Below, one piece after another: positions 25,973 to 32,780 of a DNA stretch of 64,000 nucleotides. The stretch is from Clostridium sp. CAG:508 (lineage in GTDB: Bacteria > Bacillota > Clostridia > Lachnospirales > Lachnospiraceae). A program made the translations under genes and the position numbers. Numbering within the stretch: the first letter of the stretch is position 1; each line of letters starts with the position of its first letter. The notes beneath the pieces were generated by a model that was given only the letters and a program-made list of their open reading frames with translations, did no database searches and was not told the DNA's origin. The stretch is taken from positions 5,959-69,958 of the forward strand of contig CAVJLL010000005.1 in NCBI GenBank assembly GCA_963650385.1, in the 5' to 3' direction.

Positions 25973-28900
25973 TCAATCAAACGAATCCGCCGCATTCGGT
26001 CCGCAGACGATTGCCCGCTTCTCCTTCATACGCTCTCTTGCCAGCGTGGTGCACTGCTCCACATTCTCCCGCTCCGAATACATGCTGCAGCCGATCGAGA
26101 GATAGATGGTCACGGGGATCGATCCGATCCGGTGGATCCGGGAGACCTCCGCGTGGACGGCTTCCATGATCCTCTGCGCATCCTCCGCCGTCTTTGCCGG
26201 AACGAGGATCACAAAATTGTCCAGCCAGATGCGTCCGATCAGTCCCTCTCTGCCGATCGCTGTCTTCATGCGCGCAACAATTTCCCGCAGGAATCGATTG
26301 GCTGCGTCGATTCCGTTTTTATTTTTGAAGCTGTTGAATTCGTGGATATCCACATACAGGAAGGCGTAATCCCTGCCCTTTTCCAGGTAGTCCTTTCGGA
26401 ACTGCTCCCCGGCCATCATAATCCCGTTGATGTTCATGCAGCCGGTGATCGGGTCCATTCCTTCCTCAGTACGGTTTTCCTTCAGTGAGAGCTCCCTGGA
26501 ATCCACGAACCATATCAGGATTCCGATCACCTTCTCACCGCGGTACAGTGGCTGCTTGTTCACCCAGATGTTCCGCAGCTCCCCCTTGGCGAGGCACTTC
26601 TCCGCGCACATCTCAAGGCTGCGGCCCTCGCGGAGAATCTGATTCTCCACCCGGGCAAAGCTCCGTCCCTCTGTGTGCCAGCCCATATCCTCATCCCGCC
26701 GTCCGAGAATCTCCGTTACACTCTTCAGATTGAAATAATCCAGAAACGCCTGGCTCGCACCAACGTAGCGCCGGTCGGCATCCTTCCAGCAGCATTTGAT
26801 ATCAGAATGCAGAATCAGACTGGCCCAGAAATCCGTCGGCGATGCCAGATCTGCGTTTGCGAAGATGGTCTGCTCGTCCGTAAAGGCCGGCGAGAGGAGT
26901 CCTGCAAAAACTCTGGCATCCGTCAATGCATCGATATCGAGCATGCGCTCCGTTTCCGCAACCTCCAGGATTGCCTTGGCGTTCTCCAGAAGAGCCTCCT
27001 GCTGCACCGGCTGCAGGGCCGCCACAAACCGCCTGCGCCCCAGCTTGGAAATCAGAACGAAGATGTGCCGCTTCCAGGAATATCCGCCCTTCTCCGTCCG
27101 GGTCCGAAAATAGCTTCCCAGGAACCCGGTCGGACTGTTCTGCAGGCGCGAATACAAGGTCGACATATCGGCATAGGCCAGATACCGCTTCTGATCTCCC
27201 GGGAAGATCCGGTCCTTGGCATAGGCTTCCGGATCAATCTTCAGCCGCCATGGCTCCATATGCTGCGGATTCTCTCCGTGATCAAGAATCGTGTGCACCG
27301 TGCCCACATCCATATCATCGATGTAGACGTTGTCGCAGGTAAGGTACAGGCTCCGAATGGCCTCATCCATCTCGTGCGTATGCATGAGCTCGGAATCCTC
27401 GCTCATGTCCGAAACGTAGGCCAGGAGCATTTTCTTATCATCCAGCTGCCCCAGGCAGGACACATACAGGAGAAAATACCGTCCCTCCACCACAAACCGG
27501 ACGGTATGCTGTCCGGTTCCGGGCTGAACGCGGCCGACAGCCTTCCGCAGAACGTCGTAGGCCGGAAACGCCTCATCATTGCAGAGATTCTCGAGGAGCG
27601 AGGACAGATCCTCTCTCACGTTCTCGAGCTCCTGCTCGAGGTTCCGGTTCATGTAGGAAATCCGGAACCGGCCGTTCTCATATTCCGCCAGTGCAACGGC
27701 ACGGTCATCGATGAGATTCACCCGGCCGATCTCGTTGTAATACTGCTCCTCCCGCTCGTCCTCAATCCGCCCCTGCTGCTCCAGGGTCCGCATATTCTCC
27801 GCAGAAATCGGCGCCGGCCGGCCGAAATAATAGCCCTGGAGCTTCTCGCAGCCGATGCTGCGCAGGAAATCCACCTGCTCCCGGGTCTCCACACCCTCCG
27901 CCACCGTCTGAATGCCGATCTTCTTGGCCATGTCGACGATGGATGTGACAATGCTCAATGACCGGCTGCTCATGTCCGAGAGGAAGCGCATGTCTATTTT
28001 TAATGCGTCAAAATCGTAGTCCTTCAGGACGTTCAGTGTGGAATATCCGCTTCCGAAATCATCCATCCAGACCTGATACCCAAGCCGGTGGAAATCTTCC
28101 AGAGTCTTCCCCATTTCCCGTTCGTTTTCCAGGAGCACGCTTTCTGTGATCTCGACATGCAGCATCTCCTTGGGGACCTCGTATTCCGTCACCAGCCGTT
28201 CGACCTCCGACAGGATGTCGCACAGCTCAAAATCCAGGCGGCTTAAGTTAAAGGAAACGGGGACAAACGCATCCTTCTCCTTTCTGGACAACCGGTAGTC
28301 CTCGCAGATTTTCTTCAGGACATACAGATCCAGCTTGTGAATCAGCTGGTTTTCCTCCAGAACAGAAATAAACATGCCGGGCGGCATCATTCCGTAAACC
28401 GGATCCTCCCACCGGGCCAGTGCCTCCATGCCGCACAGCTTCTCCGTCATGGTCCGCATGACCGGCTGGTAATATACGCGAATCCAGCCGGACTGGATGG
28501 CCTTGTCGATATTTTCCAGAATGTAGGTGCGCCGCTCCACCGCCGTTTCCAGCTCGCGGTCGTAATAATGCCAGAACCGCTCTCCGACAGGTTTCCCCCG
28601 CAGGCTGTCGGCCGCCGCCTTTGCCTTGTCTCCCGCCGCGATCACGGACTCGGTCGTGCTGATGTTGTAGATTCCCGCGCGAATGCTCAGGTCTCTGTCT
28701 GCCGCGATCTTCTCCAGTGCCCGCTGCAGCTCCTGCAGGATCGGCACAACATGCCCGGCGTCGGCCAGAAACAGGAAGTGATCCTCGGCGATGCGGCCGG
28801 CGAGCCTGACCGCGCTGCACGCCTGCAGTACATCTGCAAAGCGGCACAGCACCATATCGCCTTCCTCATAGCCGTACCGGCGATTGTACCTTTTGAAATG

Positions 28901-29071
28901 ACGGAAATTCAGAAATACAATCTGCGTCTCCGCCGCCTCACCTTCCGTCATCGCAGTGAGCATTTTCTCTGCATTCCACGCAAAATGGTGCAGGCCCCAA
29001 AGGCCCGTCAGATGATCCTTCTCCGTATCAGACCCTGTCGGAATCCGTCTCCCGTCCGCTGATATCCCCAT
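25973..29071 (-). CDS. c-di-GMP phosphodiesterase: degenerate GGDEF - EAL - sensor region - degenerate GGDEF
   Basis: The EAL domain has all the motifs I know (EALARW, FNLS, EITES, DDFGSGYS, KID, AEGVET, QGYYFGRP). The N-terminal GGDEF-like domain reads AEDHF at the GGDEF position and the C-terminal one reads WLDNF. Confidence 0.85.
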   Translation of the reverse strand: MGISADGRRIPTGSDTEKDHLTGLWGLHHFAWNAEKMLTAMTEGEAAETQIVFLNFRHFKRYNRRYGYEEGDMVLCRFADVLQACSAVRLAGRIAEDHFLFLADAGHVVPILQELQRALEKIAADRDLSIRAGIYNISTTESVIAAGDKAKAAADSLRGKPVGERFWHYYDRELETAVERRTYILENIDKAIQSGWIRVYYQPVMRTMTEKLCGMEALARWEDPVYGMMPPGMFISVLEENQLIHKLDLYVLKKICEDYRLSRKEKDAFVPVSFNLSRLDFELCDILSEVERLVTEYEVPKEMLHVEITESVLLENEREMGKTLEDFHRLGYQVWMDDFGSGYSTLNVLKDYDFDALKIDMRFLSDMSSRSLSIVTSIVDMAKKIGIQTVAEGVETREQVDFLRSIGCEKLQGYYFGRPAPISAENMRTLEQQGRIEDEREEQYYNEIGRVNLIDDRAVALAEYENGRFRISYMNRNLEQELENVREDLSSLLENLCNDEAFPAYDVLRKAVGRVQPGTGQHTVRFVVEGRYFLLYVSCLGQLDDKKMLLAYVSDMSEDSELMHTHEMDEAIRSLYLTCDNVYIDDMDVGTVHTILDHGENPQHMEPWRLKIDPEAYAKDRIFPGDQKRYLAYADMSTLYSRLQNSPTGFLGSYFRTRTEKGGYSWKRHIFVLISKLGRRRFVAALQPVQQEALLENAKAILEVAETERMLDIDALTDARVFAGLLSPAFTDEQTIFANADLASPTDFWASLILHSDIKCCWKDADRRYVGASQAFLDYFNLKSVTEILGRRDEDMGWHTEGRSFARVENQILREGRSLEMCAEKCLAKGELRNIWVNKQPLYRGEKVIGILIWFVDSRELSLKENRTEEGMDPITGCMNINGIMMAGEQFRKDYLEKGRDYAFLYVDIHEFNSFKNKNGIDAANRFLREIVARMKTAIGREGLIGRIWLDNFVILVPAKTAEDAQRIMEAVHAEVSRIHRIGSIPVTIYLSIGCSMYSERENVEQCTTLARERMKEKRAIVCGPNAADSFD

Positions 29072-29196
29072 GACAATCTTTTATTCTCCCCTCCGGAACC
29101 GATTCGCAGCTGCCAGAAACTCCCGCGATGCAGCCCCCTCTCCCCAGAGTAAACCGGTCCTGAAATGATACCTCTCATTGTAACATAGGTGGGGTA

Positions 29197-29335
29197 CAGG
29201 CGCCATCCAGCGACGGGTCCTGAACAGCCTCAAATTTGCTTCGCAAATCCCTGCGACTGCGCTATAATCACGTGAAATGTCACAATTCACCCGCCAGCCA
29301 AGCGACAGGACCTGCCGCCGACTGGTGTTTATACA
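29197..29335. repeat. Composite element: R1 left arm, R2-like insert, R1 right arm
   Basis: GGCGCCATCCAGCGACGGGTCC (29199-29220), then TGAACAGCCTCAAATTTGCTTCGCAAATCCCTGCGAC...GTGAAATGTCACAATTCAC, then CCGCCAGCCAAGCGACAGGACCTGCC (29291-29316). Confidence 0.6.
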
Positions 29336-29374
29336 GCAACCGCGGAATCCAACGACAGAATCGGAGAAACTGAC

Positions 29375-30307
29375 ATGAGCGAATCATCCGGATCCATCAA
29401 CAAAGGACGTGCCTCCCTGGCCGGTGCACTTCTCACACTTGCAGGCGGTGCCTGCTGGGGGCTTTCCGGCTCCATGGGGCAGTATCTGTTCAACCACGAG
29501 GGCATGGACGTCCGCTGGCTGGTTCCCATTCGCCTGGGCCTCGCCGGCCTGATTCTCCTGACCTTCTGCGCCGTTCGGGGCGGCAAGCATATTTTCGATC
29601 CCTGGAAGGATGCGCAGGACCGGAAGGAGCTGCTGATCTATGGCCTCGCCGGTGTATCGGCCTGTCAGTTTCTGTACTTTACGACCATTCAGCTCTCCAG
29701 CGCGGCCGTCGGCACCATTCTGCAGGACCTCTCACCCGCAATGATATTGCTGGTTTCCTGTGTCCTGGCAAGGCGAAGGCCAAGGCTGATGGAGATTCTG
29801 GCGATCGTCCTGGCGCTTGTCGGTGTCTTTCTCCTCTCCACCGGCGGAAATCTGGAGCACATGCAGGTATCTCCTGCCGCGCTCGCCACAGGCGTTCTCT
29901 GCTCGGTCTGCGTCACCATCTACAACATGGTGCCCGGGCGGCTGATGACCCGGTATTCGGTCCTTCTCCTGCAGGGGTGGTCCTTCCTGATGGGAAGCGC
30001 CGCCATCGCCCTGATCTTCCGCTCCTGGACCTGGCACTATGTTCCCACGGCAATGGGGTGGTTTGGTGTCGGCTTTGTCGTTCTGGTCGGCAATGTGCTG
30101 GCTTTCCCGCTCTACATTCAGGGGCTTAAATACATCGGACCGGAGAAGGGGAGCCTCTACGGCTTCTCCGAACCGGTTACCGCCGCCATCCTATCGGCCA
30201 CGGTCCTTGGCAGCAGCTTCACCTTCCTGGACGGCGTCGGCTTTGCCGCCATCTTCCTGATGCTGGTGCTGATCTCGGTTTCCGGGAGGAAAAACAAATC
30301 TGCATAA
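29375..30307 (+). CDS. EamA/DMT-superfamily transporter
   Basis: 310 aa with about 10 TM segments in two EamA-like halves. GGAGA RBS. Confidence 0.8.
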   Translation: MSESSGSINKGRASLAGALLTLAGGACWGLSGSMGQYLFNHEGMDVRWLVPIRLGLAGLILLTFCAVRGGKHIFDPWKDAQDRKELLIYGLAGVSACQFLYFTTIQLSSAAVGTILQDLSPAMILLVSCVLARRRPRLMEILAIVLALVGVFLLSTGGNLEHMQVSPAALATGVLCSVCVTIYNMVPGRLMTRYSVLLLQGWSFLMGSAAIALIFRSWTWHYVPTAMGWFGVGFVVLVGNVLAFPLYIQGLKYIGPEKGSLYGFSEPVTAAILSATVLGSSFTFLDGVGFAAIFLMLVLISVSGRKNKSA

Positions 30308-30314
30308 ACAGCCA

Positions 30315-30353
30315 TAAAAAAGAGCTCTGACCGAATGGTCAGAGCTCTTTTTG
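30315..30353. terminator. Bidirectional intrinsic terminator between convergent EamA gene and ilvE
   Basis: AAAAAA-GAGCTCTGACC-GAAT-GGTCAGAGCTC-TTTTT, a perfect 11-12-bp stem. Confidence 0.85.
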
Positions 30354-30372
30354 GTTTCTATTACTTCACGCC

Positions 30373-31410
30373 TTACTCGATGACGTGGATCCAGCCTTCC
30401 GGTGCCTCCAGCTCGCCTTCCTGGATGCCCAGCAGCGTGGAGCGGAGCTTGCCCATCCACGGTCCGATCTCGTCCATGCCGGATGCCAGTGCGTAATCCG
30501 TGCCATGATCGTTGATCTTGCCGATCGGGCTGATGACGGCTGCGGTTCCGCAGAGGCCGCACTCCTTGAAGTTTCCGTCCTTTACCTCCTGCCAGTATAC
30601 CGGACGCTCGTCTACCGTCATGCCGAGGTAGTGCTCTGCAACGTATACAAGGCTTCTTCTCGTGATGGACGGGAGGATGGAATCGGACTTCGGAACAACC
30701 AGATGATCGTCCTGATCCACGAAGAGGATGTTGGCGCCGCCGGTCTCCTCGATCTTCGTTCTGGTAGCCGCATCGAGATAGATGTTCTCGGCAAAGCCCT
30801 CTGCATGAGCCGTCACAATTGCGTGCAGACTCATTGCGTAGTTCAGGCCGGCCTTAATGTTGCCGGTTCCGTGCGGTGCTGCGCGGTCAAAATCACTGAT
30901 CTTCACGTAGATCGGCTTTGCGCCGCCCTTGAAGTACGGTCCGACCGGTGTCGTAAATACGCGGTACTGATAGTCATCCGCCGGCTTCACGCCGATAACC
31001 GGGCTGATGCCGAATACATACGGACGAATGTAGAGGCTAGCGCCGGTTCCGTACGGCGGAACCCATGCGGTGTTGGCCTTTACCACCTGGTGAATGGAAT
31101 CCACGAACTGCTCTACCGGAAGCGGCGGGATCTCCAGACGCTTTGCAGAGTCATACATTCTCTGTCCGTTCATGTCCGGGCGGAAGCATACAATGTGTCC
31201 GTCCTTTGTCGTATATGCCTTCAGGCCCTCGAATACCGACTGGCTGTACTGCAGAACGCCGGCATCCTCGCTCATAACGATCATATCGTCATCAATCAGG
31301 GCACCCTCGTCCCACTTGCCTGCCTCCGCCTTATAGTTGGCGACATAGCGCTTGTCCGTCTTCATATATGTGAAGCCGAGATTCGACCAGTCCAGATTCT
31401 TTTTCTCCAT
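30373..31410 (-). CDS. ilvE: Branched-chain amino acid aminotransferase
   Basis: 345 aa, fold-type IV aminotransferase pattern (...GTGNIKAGLNYAMSL..., EECGLCGTAAVISPI). GAGGAGG RBS. Confidence 0.9.
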   Translation of the reverse strand: MEKKNLDWSNLGFTYMKTDKRYVANYKAEAGKWDEGALIDDDMIVMSEDAGVLQYSQSVFEGLKAYTTKDGHIVCFRPDMNGQRMYDSAKRLEIPPLPVEQFVDSIHQVVKANTAWVPPYGTGASLYIRPYVFGISPVIGVKPADDYQYRVFTTPVGPYFKGGAKPIYVKISDFDRAAPHGTGNIKAGLNYAMSLHAIVTAHAEGFAENIYLDAATRTKIEETGGANILFVDQDDHLVVPKSDSILPSITRRSLVYVAEHYLGMTVDERPVYWQEVKDGNFKECGLCGTAAVISPIGKINDHGTDYALASGMDEIGPWMGKLRSTLLGIQEGELEAPEGWIHVIE

Positions 31411-31524
31411 GATGATCCGTCCTCCTCATTCTATACCGCGGTATATCCTCCGCATTGATCCGACAGCGGTTCAGAGCCATGCAGATCTGCAGCAAAAAGC
31501 CCTGAGCGATTCCTGTATCCGTTG

Positions 31525-31530
31525 ATTATA
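31525..31530 (-). promoter_or_regulatory. Candidate -10 box (TATAAT) for ilvE
   Basis: A perfect TATAAT on the minus strand about 115 nt upstream of the ilvE ATG. I see no convincing -35. Confidence 0.3.
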
Positions 31531-31615
31531 AAGCGCTCGTCCGCATTTTTCCAGATATGATAGGTTCCTTTTATACGCCCTTTTATATTTTTTCGGTATA
31601 GTCCATTTTCATTTA

Positions 31616-31648
31616 TTGAATACCAACTCGTATGTTTCATGTTACAAT
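31616..31648 (+). promoter_or_regulatory. Candidate promoter of the precursor gene (extended -10 TGTTACAAT; possible -35 TTGAAT at a poor 21-nt spacing)
   Basis: TGtTACAAT at 31640-31648 lies in the AT-rich 350-nt ilvE/precursor intergenic region, about 110 nt upstream of the ATG. Confidence 0.35.
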
Positions 31649-31759
31649 GCAGATATCTTTCCGAACGTTTCAGGCACTGTGCACCAGATGTTGTCTTCCG
31701 ATGTGTTTATACCGGACGTTCATCAATCTGATTGACGCACTGCCAGAAAGGAGTTTGAT

Positions 31760-32713
31760 ATGAAATGGACGCAAAAGGAATTGGAGGAGCTCTACCAGAA
31801 GGTTAACCATGCATGTTCGACAGACCCCGAATTCCGAAACAGATTTATAAAGGATCCCAAATCCGCAATGGAGGAGATCGCCGGAGCTCCCCTTCCGGAT
31901 GATTTCCAGCTGCCGCTGATCGAGGCAGACAGCAGCTATCAGGCCTCTTACTGTGTTCCTGAATTCTCATCCGGTGAACTGGATATCCGGAAATTGCAGA
32001 GCGTATATGGCGGTGCCGGGGAGGATCAGAGTGCTCCTGCCGATTCATCCGGCACCGGTCCCAGTGATCCGCAATCTGCAATCTCTTTTCTTCTGATCTT
32101 TTCAGCCTGTGGTGCAGCAATCTCCGTGGGTCCTTGCGGTGGGGATGCCTGCGGAGCCGCTGCCTGCCCGGCAGATGCATGTGGCGGCAAGGCATGTGCT
32201 GCCGCCGCATGCGGCGGCTTTGCCTGTGCAGGCAATGCACAGGCCGTAGAAGGATGCGGCTCGCATATGGGTGTAGCCGAGGCGTCAGTCGTAGCCGGGT
32301 GCGGCGTGGCAGCATGCACCTCTGATGCCGCCTGGCTCGCTGCATGCGGATACGATGTCTTCTGTGTCGGTGCAGCTTGCGGTGCCAAAGTTTCCGCTGC
32401 GTCCTTCGCCTGTGCCGGTGACTTATGCGGTGCACATGGCTGCGGAGCAGATGCGCTCTGCGGCCTAGCAGTCTGCGCCGCCGATGCTACAGGTGTTAAA
32501 GTTGCGGATTTCGGAGGAGCCTGCGGCGCTAATGTCTGCGGCGCAAAATTAGGCTGCATGCCTGATTCATGCGGTGCAAACTATACGGGAACGAACATTG
32601 GCTGCAACGCCGATGTATGCGGTGCACACGGCTGCGGAGCAGCAGCGAGTGAAGGAGGCAGTGATGGCAGTGATGGCGGCGCTGACAATGCCGTCGACAG
32701 CATTGTCAGCTAG
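31760..32713 (+). CDS. RiPP precursor candidate: NHLP-type leader (aa 1-85, ends ...LQSVYGG) plus 232-aa Gly/Ala/Cys-rich core with 26 Cys
   Basis: Strong RBS (AAAGGAG, then 7 nt to the ATG). The leader MKWTQKELEELYQKVNHACSTDPEFRNRFIKDPKSAMEEIAGAPLPDDFQLPLIE...SGELDIRKLQSVYGG matches the nitrile-hydratase-like leader pattern as I remember it (xDPxFRxxLxxDPKxAxxE..G..LP...GG). Core Cys span residues 117-292 (nt 32108-32635), and 15 of the 25 inter-Cys gaps are exactly 4 residues. It is convergent with the maturase/export operon. Confidence 0.8.
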   Translation: MKWTQKELEELYQKVNHACSTDPEFRNRFIKDPKSAMEEIAGAPLPDDFQLPLIEADSSYQASYCVPEFSSGELDIRKLQSVYGGAGEDQSAPADSSGTGPSDPQSAISFLLIFSACGAAISVGPCGGDACGAAACPADACGGKACAAAACGGFACAGNAQAVEGCGSHMGVAEASVVAGCGVAACTSDAAWLAACGYDVFCVGAACGAKVSAASFACAGDLCGAHGCGADALCGLAVCAADATGVKVADFGGACGANVCGAKLGCMPDSCGANYTGTNIGCNADVCGAHGCGAAASEGGSDGSDGGADNAVDSIVS

Positions 32714-32742
32714 TTCTCCGTCCTGATAAGAAAAGTGTTTAT

Positions 32743-32780
32743 TAAAAAGAGTCAGCCTCCTCGGCTGACTCTTTCCTTTT
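32743..32780. terminator. Bidirectional intrinsic terminator between the precursor gene and the giant gene
   Basis: TTAAAAAGAGTCAGCC-TCCTC-GGCTGACTCTTTCCTTTT, a 10-bp stem with an A-run on one side and a T-run on the other. Confidence 0.8.

Noticed and set aside
31425-31450. A T-box-like TACCGCGG palindrome just upstream of the ilvE RBS
   Set aside because: It resembles the GGUACCGCG core of T-box leaders. However, no specifier loop, AGAGA/GNUGGNA elements or terminator/antiterminator alternative could be found in the roughly 115-nt leader.
31845-32559. Long antisense ORFs (196 aa at 31845-32435 and 177 aa at 32026-32559) plus a 63-aa sense-strand alternate-frame ORF (32134-32325), all overlapping the precursor gene
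   Set aside because: They are Pro/Ala/Arg/His-rich shadow frames, as expected opposite or out of frame with GCN/GGN/TGC-rich coding DNA. They have no RBS and no recognisable domain. The annotated plus-strand frame has a strong RBS, an NHLP-like leader and a terminator.
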